This document shows positions 21,007-30,747 of a DNA stretch of 64,000 bases, in pieces (positions within the stretch are counted from its first letter, which is position 1; each line of letters begins with the position of its first letter). The notes below the pieces were generated by a model that was not told the origin of the DNA, did no database searches, and saw only the letters and a program-made list of their open reading frames with translations. A program made the position numbers and the translations under genes. This DNA comes from an uncultured Rhodothermales bacterium (GTDB lineage Bacteria > Bacteroidota > Rhodothermia > Rhodothermales > VXPQ01), in the NCBI GenBank assembly GCA_964608315.1, contig CAZSNF010000012.1, positions 31,718 through 95,717 of the forward strand. The letters are read 5' to 3'.

Positions 21007-21080
21007 CACGCCCGGCAGGACTCGAACCTGCAACCTGCGGATTAGAAGTCCGCCGCTCTGTCCGGTTGAGCTACGGGCGC
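21007..21080 (-). tRNA. tRNA-Arg (anticodon TCT)
   Basis: Reverse complement: GCGCCCG-TA-GCTC..GAGC, anticodon arm GCGGA-CTTCTAA-TCCGC, T-arm GCAGG-TTCGAGT-CCTGC. The first acceptor pair would be G-U, so the exact ends are slightly uncertain. Confidence 0.85.
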
Positions 21081-21160
21081 AAGGAACAAGTGCGGAGATG
21101 CGGCGACAAGCTGCCGGCGGCGCCTTGCCCCGTCCATACCATGGCCGGAATCGGTATGTG

Positions 21161-21234
21161 TCGAGGCGGCCGGATTTGAACCGACGACCCTCTGCTCCCA
21201 AAGCAGATGCGCTACCGGACTGCGCCACGCCTCG
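21161..21234 (-). tRNA. tRNA-Pro (anticodon TGG)
   Basis: Reverse complement: acceptor stem CGAGGCG/CGCCTCG, anticodon arm TCTGC-TTTGGGA-GCAGA, T-arm GTCGG-TTCAAAT-CCGGC. Confidence 0.88.
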
Positions 21235-21319
21235 ATGTTGCGAACAAGGGCGCATCCTGCGACGCTTCCTTGCAGCGGGAGAAACGGAACAACGTCCTCG
21301 CCGCAAAGGTTCGTCGCGG

Positions 21320-21496
21320 TCAGTTCGCCTTCTTCGCCGCGGTCAGGGTATCCTGAACCGCCTCGGCAGGCACCATGCGGGCCCGAAAGCTGTAATGACC
21401 GTTCGCCTTTTTTTCGGCAGCGACGATTTTGGCCATCTGCCTGGAGGAGGCGCGCGTCTTGCGCACCTTGTCGCCGAATGTCTGTGTTTTCGCCAT
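21320..21496 (-). CDS. DUF4295-like small protein (58 aa)
   Basis: Own translation: MAKTQTFGDKVRKTRASSRQMAKIVAAEKKANGHYSFRARMVPAEAVQDTLTAAKKAN. It lies downstream of rpmB-rpmG, as in Bacteroidota. It is below the ORF-track cutoff. Confidence 0.65.
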   Translation of the reverse strand: MAKTQTFGDKVRKTRASSRQMAKIVAAEKKANGHYSFRARMVPAEAVQDTLTAAKKAN

Positions 21497-21543
21497 GGCG
21501 ATCTACGACGTTTCTGGAGCCGCGGGACAAGGCCCGCCGTCCG

Positions 21544-21714
21544 TTATTTGATTTCCCGATGCACTGTGTGCTTGCGCAACTTCGGATTATACTTCCTGAG
21601 CTCCAGGCGCTGATCCGTATTGCGCCGATTCTTCGTCGTGGAGTACCGCGACGTGCCGGGGGCTTCCGTACACTGGAGCGTCACCTGAATCCGAACTCCT
21701 TTCGCTTTGGCCAT
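21544..21714 (-). CDS. rpmG: 50S ribosomal protein L33
   Basis: Own translation: [56 protein letters not shown]. It is below the ORF-track cutoff. Confidence 0.88.
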   Translation of the reverse strand: MAKAKGVRIQVTLQCTEAPGTSRYSTTKNRRNTDQRLELRKYNPKLRKHTVHREIK

Positions 21715-21781
21715 GATTTTACTCTGGATTACGGGTTCCGGGGTACGCCATGCCGCGACGCCGCGGACATGCCGCGAAACG

Positions 21782-22018
21782 TCAGATGCGTACGCCTTGC
21801 CTGCGCGCCTCGCGAAGCACGGCCTGGACGCCCTTTTTGTTAATCGTTTTCAGCGTCTTCGCGGACACCTTCAGGGTGACGTAGCGATCCTCCTCCGGAA
21901 TGTAAAACCTCTTCTTCTGAAGATTAAGAAGAAAACGCCGCTTCACCTTGTTGTGAGCGTGGGAAACGTGGTTGCCCGTCCGGGGGCCGCGTCCCGTGAT
22001 GTCGTCTTTTCGCGCCAT
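21782..22018 (-). CDS. rpmB: 50S ribosomal protein L28
   Basis: ORF begins [34 protein letters not shown]..., typical of L28. Confidence 0.92.
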   Translation of the reverse strand: MARKDDITGRGPRTGNHVSHAHNKVKRRFLLNLQKKRFYIPEEDRYVTLKVSAKTLKTINKKGVQAVLREARRQGVRI

Positions 22019-22247
22019 GTCTCAAACCCCCATGTCTCAAATCCCGAAGAATGCCGTACCGGCGTGTCGATGTTTCCTGCGCGTTTCTGTGCGATACCGC
22101 TCGCAAGCAATGCCTTTGTAGCGTAGCCCCGCAAGATACGCCAAAGAAAGCCGCTTCGCAAGAATTTTTCCGCGAACGACCGTACCGTCTTGTCCTAGGG
22201 CCTGTCTAATCAAACAGATACGCAATCGCCCAAAATTTGTTTCCCTG

Positions 22248-22540
22248 AAGGGTACGCTGATTAAGGAACCTCTGATTAATTCTGCAAAGTTCAGAGGCTG
22301 CGAGGGACGCGCCGGCAAGGAATGACGAAGCAATGCGGCAGGCCCCGCATAATGAGGAATGACGCGGCCAGCGCGTTCCTCGCGGCCTCCCGAAGGGCGC
22401 TTCGCGTCCGCTGCGCCCGAATACGTAGCGTATGCCGCTGATTGCAACGACGCCGTCATAATGTCGCTGTACGCGCGAACGCGAAGCGCTGAGCGAAGTA
22501 GAATTAATCAGAGGTTCCTTAAATCTGCTTCGATCAGCGT
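22248..22540. repeat. PE family, composite: a variant full-length copy (22265-22518) nested inside a mini-element
   Basis: The outer arms are AAGGGTACGCTGAT ... ATCTGCTTCGATCAGCGT. The inner element has variant termini GGAACCTCTGATTAAT ... ATTAATCAGAGGTTCC, each bordered by TTAA. Confidence 0.8.
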
Positions 22541-23313
22541 TCGGGCGCGTCGAAAAACGAAAGCAGCGTATCGCCCCGAAGCCCTGTACGCAGCGTCTCA
22601 AGGGGAATCACTTCGTCCGGAGGAATATTCCCAAGGTTTACGTTGGCGCCGAATTTCCGAATGAACCAGACCTGTTGCGCCTTTCGGGGAGCCTCGAAAA
22701 CCAGCTGCCGGACGTCGACGCGGCGAACGATTGCGTCCATGACGGACGACCGCACCTGACCGGAAGCATCGAAAACGCCCGCCGTTCCGCTCTCCCGCGC
22801 TTCGCAAATAACCTTCCAGCTGCCCGCGTCCAGTTCGTCCCGTATCATCCGGACCCATGTGTCGGGCGAAAGGACAACAGACGGAGCTTTCGAGCCGACC
22901 TCGCTTAATACCCGGAAATCTTCTGCAAAGGAACGAATATGCGCGAGCTTTTCTTCGTGCGGCAGCGAAATGGTCCCATCGGAAATCTCGACATATTCAA
23001 CGTCCAGCGAGCGAAGCAGGGCGCGGTACTCGGCGAGCCGCCCGCGCAAGCAAAACGCTTCGAAGAGGGTGCCGCCAAAACAAACCGGCACCTCGGCAGA
23101 CCGGTACGCCGCCAATTTATCTTCGAGACGGGGCGTGACTACAGCCGTGCCCCATCCCAGTTTTACGCCGTCCACATAGTCTGCGCTTGTTTGCAACAGG
23201 TCCTCCGCCTGCCGAACCGAGAATCCCTTGTCCAGAACGAGGGTCAGGCCCGAAGCGCGCGGACGGGCGGGGCGGGCAGGCAAGTCGTCAAATCCGAATC
23301 GGTCGTGCGGCAT
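22534..23313 (-). CDS. comA: phosphosulfolactate synthase (ComA family)
   Basis: ORF 22534..23346, trimmed to the ATG at 23313. The segments LTLVLDKG...YVDGVKLGWGTA...GGTLFE...VEISDGT match my memory of (2R)-phospho-3-sulfolactate synthase. The stop lies within a PE repeat end. Confidence 0.75.
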   Translation of the reverse strand: MPHDRFGFDDLPARPARPRASGLTLVLDKGFSVRQAEDLLQTSADYVDGVKLGWGTAVVTPRLEDKLAAYRSAEVPVCFGGTLFEAFCLRGRLAEYRALLRSLDVEYVEISDGTISLPHEEKLAHIRSFAEDFRVLSEVGSKAPSVVLSPDTWVRMIRDELDAGSWKVICEARESGTAGVFDASGQVRSSVMDAIVRRVDVRQLVFEAPRKAQQVWFIRKFGANVNLGNIPPDEVIPLETLRTGLRGDTLLSFFDAPER

Positions 23314-23639
23314 GGCGGGTAGAGAAATTTGGGCGGACAGGAACAAGAACCGTCGGCGCGGCGAACGCGAGACCCTCGCGTTCTCTATGAAAGGGCGCGG
23401 GGATCAGTCATCAAGCTTGCTGAACAGGGCGGAAGATCCATCATGCCATTGTTCGAGATAAAGTTCGCCAAAGCCCTTGAAATCATCGACCATACCGATA
23501 ACCATCAGCGTCTCCGGGCGCAGAAGCAAGATAAGCACCCTCTCCTTTCAATGAAGAAAAGAGAGGATCATCGACAATATGGGGTCGAGGATTGTGCGGC
23601 TTGCAGTCGAACAGGCGCAGGTGCGAACGAGCGGCAGCG

Positions 23640-24905
23640 CTACGCCTCCGAATTCACCGCTTTCGCCGGTTCTATGGCGGCGGCGCGCACCGCAGGATAC
23701 AGCCCCGCCGCCGCGCAAAGCCCGATCGCTGCGGCGCTTACCGTCAGCAGGTCCATACCCTCGATAAAGACTGGATACGCATCGATCAGGAACGATTCCG
23801 CGCCGGCCAGCGGGACCAGGGAGAACTGCTGCTGCAACAGGGCCAGCCCCAGGCCGATGATCAGGCCAGAAGCGGTTCCGGTCACGCCCACGAGGACGCC
23901 CTCCAGCAAAAAGATGCGACGGATGTCCCGCCGCGTAACGCCCATGGCCCGCAATGCGCCCACGTCGCGGCGTTTTTCGATAACGATCATGGTCAGCGAC
24001 CCGACGATATTGCACGAGGCCACCACGATAATCAGGCCCAGCACAAAGGTCGCCGCCCATTTTTCGAGCCGCATGACGTCGTACAGCGATTTGCGCAGGT
24101 CGTACCAGGTGACCACCTTGAGCGAGGCGGGCAAACGGGTCGTCAGCATATGCTTGACCGCGTCGGCTTGCTCCAGATCGGCGAGCCGGAGTTCGACGCC
24201 GGTTACGAAATCCTCCGTGCGAAACAGGCGCCGGGCTTCGCTGGTTTCGATGAAAACATGGCTTTCGTCATAAATATCCTCCATTTCGAAGAGACCGCGC
24301 ACATCGAACCGCATGGGGGGCGACGCGGCGGACCCCGTAAAACCGGTCGCCATGTCTTCGATATCCGGGGCCGAAAGCAGCAGGACCCGACCGGCCTCCG
24401 TATTCGCGGACGGCAGAAAAGCCAGCCGGGAGGCCAGCGATACGCCCGCCACGAGACCGGGACGCCCGTTCCGCCGCGCCAGATCGAAGGTCCCGTCGCT
24501 CGTCCGGCTCACTACGCGACTCACGCCGGCGTAGACTTGCGGCTCTACGCCCCGGACCACGACCACTTTGTTCACTTCGGCGCCTTGCTCCGGCAACAGA
24601 AGGGCTTTGCCTTCGACGTAGGCCGAGGCGGATTCGACGCCCGGCAGCGCAAGCGCCACCGCCGCCAGCGAGTCGGGGTTCGCGACCCCGGCCTTCCCGG
24701 TTCCGACAATCCGTACATGCGGATCAAGCGAAACCAGTAAATCCCGCACGACATAATAGAATCCGTTCATCACGGAAAGCACGACCACAAGCGCCGCGAC
24801 CCCGAGTGCGACGCCCGCAACGGAGATGCCGGTAATGAACGAAATAAGGGAGACCTGCCGGCGGCCTGCAAGGTAGCGCCGGGCGATCAGCAAGCGAAAG
24901 TCCAC
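23640..24905 (-). CDS. lipoprotein-releasing ABC transporter permease (LolC/E, FtsX family)
   Basis: 421-aa ORF with N-terminus FRLLIARRYLAGRRQVSLISFITGISVAGVALG and a C-terminal FtsX-type 3-TM block. Confidence 0.85.
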   Translation of the reverse strand: MDFRLLIARRYLAGRRQVSLISFITGISVAGVALGVAALVVVLSVMNGFYYVVRDLLVSLDPHVRIVGTGKAGVANPDSLAAVALALPGVESASAYVEGKALLLPEQGAEVNKVVVVRGVEPQVYAGVSRVVSRTSDGTFDLARRNGRPGLVAGVSLASRLAFLPSANTEAGRVLLLSAPDIEDMATGFTGSAASPPMRFDVRGLFEMEDIYDESHVFIETSEARRLFRTEDFVTGVELRLADLEQADAVKHMLTTRLPASLKVVTWYDLRKSLYDVMRLEKWAATFVLGLIIVVASCNIVGSLTMIVIEKRRDVGALRAMGVTRRDIRRIFLLEGVLVGVTGTASGLIIGLGLALLQQQFSLVPLAGAESFLIDAYPVFIEGMDLLTVSAAAIGLCAAAGLYPAVRAAAIEPAKAVNSEA

Positions 24906-24917
24906 CCGGTTAGCCGG

Positions 24918-25805
24918 TTACAAGAAAGGTTGCGGGTCGGTAAAGGCGCCTTCCGGCGCGTCCGCGGGCATGTCCACGCGATCCGTAAACAAGACAAACC
25001 CGTCGCTGGTCTTTTGCTCGGAAACGACGAGGGCGCCCGAAGGCGTCTCAAAGGTCTTGTGGGCGGACCAGGCGAACGGCTGTGGCGCATGATCCGGAGC
25101 GTGATGCTGCAAGCGGTACGCCCATTGCCGGATATCGCCGGTTTCCTTGTCCGCATAGACCCAGTACTGGTCTCCCGGCGTCAGGCCGACGTCTCCAAAC
25201 GAAAGGTGCAAAACGTCTACGTCGGCGCGGGAAGAATCGGGCAGGTGCTTTCTGCGTACGCCCTCGTCGAACAGTTTGACCGGCATGAGCAGCCAATACG
25301 TATCGTTGATGAAGCTGCGGTAGGCGTCTTCGAGCAGCACGGCTTCTTCTTCGGCGCCCACGCGTTCGCCGAAAAGCCAGGCGCTTCCCTCGCCGGGAGC
25401 AGACGTATTGAACAGCGCCACATACAGGGTGTCTCCGCCGCCCGGCGTTTCCAGCCGGTAATCGCCCGTCATGCGGTTCCACAAATGCCGCCTGCGCACG
25501 GTGCGCTCCGGCGGCGCGGCGACCGAATCGGCGGCGACCGCTGGAGGAGGCCCCGTGGCGAAATCGAACCGCAAGTAGCGCAAGTCCGCCCAGGCCGCAG
25601 GGCCGCCGTACGCCTCGAACACCTTCATGGCCACGCTGTCGGCGCGGTTTTCCATGGCGGGCAGGGCAGGGACATGGGACGCCCCCTCCATCGACGAGCC
25701 GCCGCAACCGGCCAGAACGCAGGCCAGCGCCATAGCGAAAAAGAGGTTGCCTGAAGCGAAACAGGACGAGAAGCGAGGATTGCGCGGTTTTATGATGGAT
25801 TTCAT
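24918..25805 (-). CDS. hypothetical lipoprotein
   Basis: ORF 24918..25988, trimmed to the ATG at 25805 (MKSIIK...FAMALACVLAGCGG, a lipobox). I recognise no family. Confidence 0.6.
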   Translation of the reverse strand: MKSIIKPRNPRFSSCFASGNLFFAMALACVLAGCGGSSMEGASHVPALPAMENRADSVAMKVFEAYGGPAAWADLRYLRFDFATGPPPAVAADSVAAPPERTVRRRHLWNRMTGDYRLETPGGGDTLYVALFNTSAPGEGSAWLFGERVGAEEEAVLLEDAYRSFINDTYWLLMPVKLFDEGVRRKHLPDSSRADVDVLHLSFGDVGLTPGDQYWVYADKETGDIRQWAYRLQHHAPDHAPQPFAWSAHKTFETPSGALVVSEQKTSDGFVLFTDRVDMPADAPEGAFTDPQPFL

Positions 25806-25850
25806 GGTCGAATCGCGTTGATGCAGGAAGCGGGTTGCAAGGCGAGCGGG

Positions 25851-25885
25851 GCGCGCTGAGCGAAGCGGGTTTGATCGGCGTATCC
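25851..25885. repeat. PE family, degenerate partial copy
   Basis: GCGCGCTGAGCGAAGCGGGTTTGATCGGCGTATCC resembles the reverse complement of the short-copy left module. Confidence 0.5.
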
Positions 25886-25980
25886 TGAAAATAGGGACTC
25901 GCAGAACAATGCGCGGGAAGAAAACGCGGGCGAAAGCGACGCGCAGAGCGAAGTGGCTTTGGTTAGGGCCTGTACATTGA

Positions 25981-27075
25981 CTACACATTGAACCGGAACA
26001 GGATCACGTCGCCGTCCGCCACGACATAGTCTTTGCCTTCGGCGCGCAGCACGCCCGCTTCCCGGGCCGCCGCTTCCGAACCGTATCGGAAGAATTCCTC
26101 GCACCGGATTGTTTCCGCCCGAATGAATCCCCGCTCGAAATCCGAATGAATGACGCCCGCCGCCGCAGGCGCGCGCGTACCTTGCTCAACCGTCCAGGCC
26201 CGCGTTTCCTTCGGCCCGGTCGTAAAAAACGTAATGAGATTCAGCAAGGCGTATCCGGCGGCGACAAACCGGTCCATGCCCGGCGCCTTGAGGCCCAGCT
26301 CCTCAAGCCAGGCAGCTCGCTCCTCGTCGTTCAGCGCCGCCAGCTGCGCCTCGATGTCGGCGCAAACGACCACGCAGGAGAAACCCTCCGCCGCGGCGAT
26401 CTGACGCACGACGGCGGCGTGCGGCCCCCCGTCGGGCAGGTCGGCCTCCGCCGCGTTGGCGACGTAAAGCACCGGTTTCGCCGACAAAAGAAACAGGGAC
26501 GCGAGGCGGTCTTCGTCCCCGGGGCGCCCGGGAAAGGTGCGCGCCGGTTTGCCTGCCGCTGCATGGGCGTACACCTGCTCGACGAAGGCAAGTTCTTCCC
26601 GCAGCGCGCGATCTCCGCCCTTGGCCTGCTTTGCCGTTTTCTCAATGCGGCGCTCAAGAGATTCCAGGTCCTTCAACAACAATTCCGTGTCTACGGTCTC
26701 TATGTCGCGCGCCGGATTCACCGCCCCGGAGACATGGGTCACATCGGGATCCTCGAAACAACGCACCACATGAACTATCGCATCCACCTCCCGAATATGT
26801 CCCAGAAACCGATTCCCCAGCCCCTCGCCCCTGGACGCCCCTTCGACCAGACCTGCAATATCCACATATTCGACTGCGGCGGGCGTCGCCTTTGCGGAGC
26901 CGGACAGCGCCGCCAGGCGATAAAGCCGCTCGTCGGGAACAGGCGCCATGCCCACATTCGGCTCGATCGTGCAAAAAGGATAATTCTCTGATCGCGCTCC
27001 CGCGCCGCTCAGCACATTGAAGAGCGACGATTTGCCCACATTGGGCAAGCCCGCGATGCCGCAGCGTAAAGCCAT
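25981..27075 (-). CDS. ychF: redox-regulated ATPase YchF
   Basis: The N-terminus [15 protein letters not shown] (a G1 motif), the 364-aa length and the C-terminal TGS-like part are typical of YchF. Confidence 0.95.
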   Translation of the reverse strand: MALRCGIAGLPNVGKSSLFNVLSGAGARSENYPFCTIEPNVGMAPVPDERLYRLAALSGSAKATPAAVEYVDIAGLVEGASRGEGLGNRFLGHIREVDAIVHVVRCFEDPDVTHVSGAVNPARDIETVDTELLLKDLESLERRIEKTAKQAKGGDRALREELAFVEQVYAHAAAGKPARTFPGRPGDEDRLASLFLLSAKPVLYVANAAEADLPDGGPHAAVVRQIAAAEGFSCVVVCADIEAQLAALNDEERAAWLEELGLKAPGMDRFVAAGYALLNLITFFTTGPKETRAWTVEQGTRAPAAAGVIHSDFERGFIRAETIRCEEFFRYGSEAAAREAGVLRAEGKDYVVADGDVILFRFNV

Positions 27076-27112
27076 GCGATTTTGTTCAGCGTATCCGTTC
27101 GTTGCGGGGCGA

Positions 27113-27619
27113 CTATTCCGTTTCCCTGCGGAGCGGCTCTGCGCCGGCGCGTTTCAGAACAGAATCCATTCCGATCAGGCCTCGCCCCGACTTTTTCAGC
27201 AGGCGCTTCTTGTGAAGGTCGCACAACACCGCATCAAGAATGCCATTGATGAAGCCCCCGCTTTCCGCCGTACTGAATCGCTTGACGATTTCGATCGCCT
27301 CGTTGATGGACACTTTCGGAGGAATATCCTCAAAGGCCAGCATTTCGGCGAGCGCCATGCGAAGCGCAATGCGGTCGACCAGCGCGATGCGCGACAAATG
27401 CCAGTTTTCCGAATGAGACCCGATGATTTCGTCAAGACGAACAAGATGTTGCTGGACCCACCAGAAAAGGCGCTGGGCGAACGCCAGCGCCGCCGCATCG
27501 CCGCAAAGTTTGGGTGCAATGATCGTCTCGACAATGTGGGCGGCGTCTTCTCCGCCCGCAATTTCGGTCGCGTAGAGCGCCTGCATCACGCATTTTCTGG
27601 CCTCTCTGCGGTTATGCAT
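27113..27619 (-). CDS. nusB: transcription antitermination factor NusB
   Basis: ORF begins MHNRREARKCVMQALYATE... and contains ...INEAIEIVKRFSTAESGGFINGILD. Confidence 0.9.
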   Translation of the reverse strand: MHNRREARKCVMQALYATEIAGGEDAAHIVETIIAPKLCGDAAALAFAQRLFWWVQQHLVRLDEIIGSHSENWHLSRIALVDRIALRMALAEMLAFEDIPPKVSINEAIEIVKRFSTAESGGFINGILDAVLCDLHKKRLLKKSGRGLIGMDSVLKRAGAEPLRRETE

Positions 27620-27671
27620 ATGTCAAAGACGATCTATCGGGGGGCGGCGAAGAATCGTCGCTGAAAACATG

Positions 27672-27712
27672 AAGGATACGCTGATCGAAGCAGATTTAAT
27701 CAGCGTATCCTT
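27672..27712. repeat. PE family, mini-element (41-bp hairpin)
   Basis: AAGGATACGCTGAT-CGAAGCAGATTTA-ATCAGCGTATCCTT has perfect 14-bp arms. Confidence 0.75.
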
Positions 27713-27777
27713 AAGAGGCATCATATTCGCCAAAAGGCTTCAGGTTCTTGTACGCCGCGAGTTTCTCGCCTTTTTCA

Positions 27778-28030
27778 GGATACTCTGATTAAATGCGTAA
27801 CGTTCAGAGGCTGCGAGAGGCGCGCTGGCAAGGAATGACGAAGCGATGTGGCAGGTCCCACATAATGAGGAATGACACAGCCAGAGCGCCTCTCGCAGCC
27901 TCCCGAAGGACGCTTCACGTCCGCCATGCACCGAATCCGCAGCGTTTACCGCTGATTGCAACGATGCCAGCATAATGTCCTGTACCCACGAACGTGAAGC
28001 GCTGATCGAAGCAGATTTAATCAGAGTGCC
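27778..28030. repeat. PE family, full-length copy (about 253 bp)
   Basis: Termini GGATACTCTGATTAAAT ... ATTTAATCAGAGTGCC. Internal stems: GAGGCTGCGAGAGGCGCGCTGGC/GCCAGAGCGCCTCTCGCAGCCTC, ATGTGG/CCACAT and CGCTTCACGT/ACGTGAAGCG. Confidence 0.85.
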
Positions 28031-28064
28031 TTTACTGGTTTATTGGGCAATCCATGGCCAGACC

Positions 28065-30566
28065 CTATCGCCAATGTACGCGCCGAAGCGTCTTTCCGTC
28101 CGTACGAAACCATACGCCGCCCGATTTCGAGGTCAACGCCACCTCGAAGCCGGCAGATTCCAGACGATCCAGTATTTCCTGGTTCGGGAGGCCGTAGCGG
28201 TTTCGCTCCGCCACGCTTACGATCGCATACGGCTTTCGGGCGCTTTCTTTCCATCCTGTCGCACTGTTGAGAAACGCCGGAATCGAACTAGTTTTGGAGC
28301 CATGGTGCCCCACCTTCAGCACGTGACTTTGCAGCAGGTTCCGGTATCGTTGCGCAATGTGCAGTTCGGCTTCGAGCGGAGCATCCCCCATAAACAAAAA
28401 CGACAGCGCGCCGTAGCGCACAAGCAGCACCACGGAATGCGCATTGGGGTCCTCTTCGGGGATATCCTCAAGGGGATACAGCACATAGATGCGCACGTCG
28501 GGCGACAGCGACAAGGAATCGCCTGCGCGGACTGCGCGATGCGGAATGCGCAGGCTGTCCAGCATCGCATTGGTTTCCTCGAAAAGCCTTGACGAGTGCT
28601 GGTAGCCCGAGCGAAACACGCGGCGCACGGGAACAGAACGCAACACGGACGCAACGCCCCCGATATGGTCGCTATCAGGATGGGTAATCACGATGGCGGC
28701 GAGTTCGTCGACGCCATGGTACGCCAACTGGGGCGTTACGAAGCGGCTCCCCGCATCGCTTCCGGTAAAAGGAGAGCGGGGCCCTGCATCGATAAGCACC
28801 CCCTCGCCGTTGGGAAGACGAAGCAGCGCAGCATCCCCCTGACCGACATCCAGATAAATGACGTCAAGGCCCGGGCGATACCGTCCGCTTGCGACCCCCT
28901 GAACCACATCTCCGACAAGAAGGATCAGCACAAGGACAATGCAACGCCAGCGTACCCGGGGACGATACCATGCGGCGAGAGATATTCCCAATAACGTCAG
29001 GACAATGATCGGGAGCGGACGTTCCAGACTCCACCGAACGACGCTCCACCCCATAAAGCGGTCTCCGAACACGGATACGTGCAGTAAAGCCGAAGCCAAC
29101 GCACTGGAGGCAGCGCCGAGAATTTCGCCCAAAACAGGCGCTGCGCTTCCAAAAACAACCGCCGCTACTCCGGCGATGAGCGCGCCTGTCGTCAATGGAA
29201 TGCCCGGCAGATTCAGCGCAAGACCTCCTAATCCAACCTGTCCGAAATGATAAAGCGTTACAGGTAATGTGCCTATGGTTGCGGACAATGTGACGGTGAT
29301 TCCGGAATGCACATACGTTCCCAAACGCGACGGCGGTGTCGGAATCCAGGCCGCGAGCAAAGGCGCCAGCGTGAGAATGGCCGCTACGGCGGAAACGGAA
29401 AGTTGAAATCCCGCCTCGAAAAGATGCGCAGGGGCCACAGCCAGCAGAACGCACACGGCGGCGCCGAGACTATTCAGGGATTGCGCAGGACGTTGCAACG
29501 ATGTAGCGGCCAGAAACAACGAAGCCATTACCACCGCGCGAACAACCGATGCAGAGCATCCCGTGAGCAACATGTACCCTGTGAGCAAAATCACCGTGCA
29601 TGCTACCCGAAGGATATCTACCGTCCGCCAACTCAGGCGGAGCCTGTACAGGAGAGGTCCCAGCAAGTGGTACAAAATCATTCCGACCACCATCACGTGC
29701 AGCCCGGATACGGCCAATAAATGCAAAAGACCCATACGGGCAAAGCGATCCCGGGTATCGCTATCGAGTTGCCTGCGATCTCCAAGGAGCAGCGCATGAA
29801 GAATGGCTTGCGTATCGGGATCAGGCAAAAAACGGTTCAGACTGGATTGGACGAATGCGCGGGCGGGTTCGAGCAGACATCCCATGCTGCGCCGATCTTG
29901 CCCTGTTCGCTCCAGCCCGCCTTCTGCAAGGTACAGGCGAGCATAGATGCGCTTGCGAAACAGGTACCTTCCGTAATCGAACTCGCCGGGATTCCGGGCT
30001 TGGGGCAAATCGGCGAGACGTCCCCGCAGGCGCACCTGATCGCATCGTCCGGGTCGCCGGTCGGGCGGCGCGGCAGACCGACCGGATACGAGCAAGCCAA
30101 CCGGATAGCGATCTCCATTCCGGTCCAGTCGGAGCATGAAGCGGATTGACCCCGCATCGCCTGCAGGATCGTCAAGAATACGTCCTTCCCATACGGTTTC
30201 TTCGCCGTGCATGAGCGCTTCGAACAATGGATGCTCATGGGGAAGCGCATAAAAAGTGGCGTACCGAAGCCCTCCGAAACACGCCGTGAGGAACAGGCCC
30301 GCCAGAACCATGAGCAACGGACGAAATGCGCTTCTCAGGGAGCGCAAACCGGGCAGGACGCGAAAAAGCGCCGCGCAAACGGCAAGGCTCGCCAGTAAGC
30401 CGCCCCATGCTTCGGGGTCCATCCGGCCTTCGTGCGCAATCAGAATACCCAACCCGAGGGCTATGGCCGCCCAGCAGGCCGGATATCGTTTCGGCGGGGA
30501 TTTCTCGGGAGCAGACACTAATATGCAGAATTCAGGACCTGGACAAACTATCTCCCCAAGACACAT
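28065..30566 (-). CDS. comEC: DNA internalization-related competence protein ComEC/Rec2
   Basis: The 833-aa ORF has a polytopic membrane core (ComEC domain) and a C-terminal metallo-beta-lactamase part (VIYLDVGQGDAAL...THPDSDHIGG...VGHHGS). The start is uncertain. Confidence 0.88.
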   Translation of the reverse strand: MCLGEIVCPGPEFCILVSAPEKSPPKRYPACWAAIALGLGILIAHEGRMDPEAWGGLLASLAVCAALFRVLPGLRSLRSAFRPLLMVLAGLFLTACFGGLRYATFYALPHEHPLFEALMHGEETVWEGRILDDPAGDAGSIRFMLRLDRNGDRYPVGLLVSGRSAAPPDRRPGRCDQVRLRGRLADLPQARNPGEFDYGRYLFRKRIYARLYLAEGGLERTGQDRRSMGCLLEPARAFVQSSLNRFLPDPDTQAILHALLLGDRRQLDSDTRDRFARMGLLHLLAVSGLHVMVVGMILYHLLGPLLYRLRLSWRTVDILRVACTVILLTGYMLLTGCSASVVRAVVMASLFLAATSLQRPAQSLNSLGAAVCVLLAVAPAHLFEAGFQLSVSAVAAILTLAPLLAAWIPTPPSRLGTYVHSGITVTLSATIGTLPVTLYHFGQVGLGGLALNLPGIPLTTGALIAGVAAVVFGSAAPVLGEILGAASSALASALLHVSVFGDRFMGWSVVRWSLERPLPIIVLTLLGISLAAWYRPRVRWRCIVLVLILLVGDVVQGVASGRYRPGLDVIYLDVGQGDAALLRLPNGEGVLIDAGPRSPFTGSDAGSRFVTPQLAYHGVDELAAIVITHPDSDHIGGVASVLRSVPVRRVFRSGYQHSSRLFEETNAMLDSLRIPHRAVRAGDSLSLSPDVRIYVLYPLEDIPEEDPNAHSVVLLVRYGALSFLFMGDAPLEAELHIAQRYRNLLQSHVLKVGHHGSKTSSIPAFLNSATGWKESARKPYAIVSVAERNRYGLPNQEILDRLESAGFEVALTSKSGGVWFRTDGKTLRRVHWR

Positions 30567-30601
30567 TCCCCCTTAAAACATAACGTCCAGCCCGAAATTC
30601 A

Positions 30602-30645
30602 AAGGACACTCTGGTCAAGTCTGCTTTGCTCAGCGCATCGCTTGC
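30602..30645. repeat. PE family, degenerate partial copy
   Basis: AAGGACACTCTGGTCAAGTCTGCTTTGCTCAGCGCATCGCTTGC is similar to the left part of the copy at 56554. Confidence 0.5.
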
Positions 30646-30747
30646 GCCCGCAAAAGACGCCATGACAGCATCCTTGTCATCAGCCGCGAAAACACGGCTT
30701 CGGCGTATTGCGGATGTAATGCGCTTCGGGAAGCTGCGAGGAGCAGG

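Noticed and set aside
23404-23538. 44-codon minus-strand ORF (VLILLLRPETLMVIGMVDDFKGFGELYLEQWHDGSSALFSKLDD) preceded by GAAAGGAGAGG.
   Set aside because: The SD-like sequence abuts the GTG with essentially no spacing. I recognise no family and the ORF is short. It is not supportable without comparative or expression data.
27740-27973. ORFs lying inside PE repeat copies: 27740..27973(-), 44675..44881(-), 50923..51213(-), 22037..22459(-), 27975..28592(+) and 51113..51346(+).
   Set aside because: Different copies are open in different frames and lengths. Internal deletions (the copy at 51096) do not respect any frame, and conservation follows the stem structure rather than codons. They are treated as non-coding repeats, except for the in-frame fusion at 44929.
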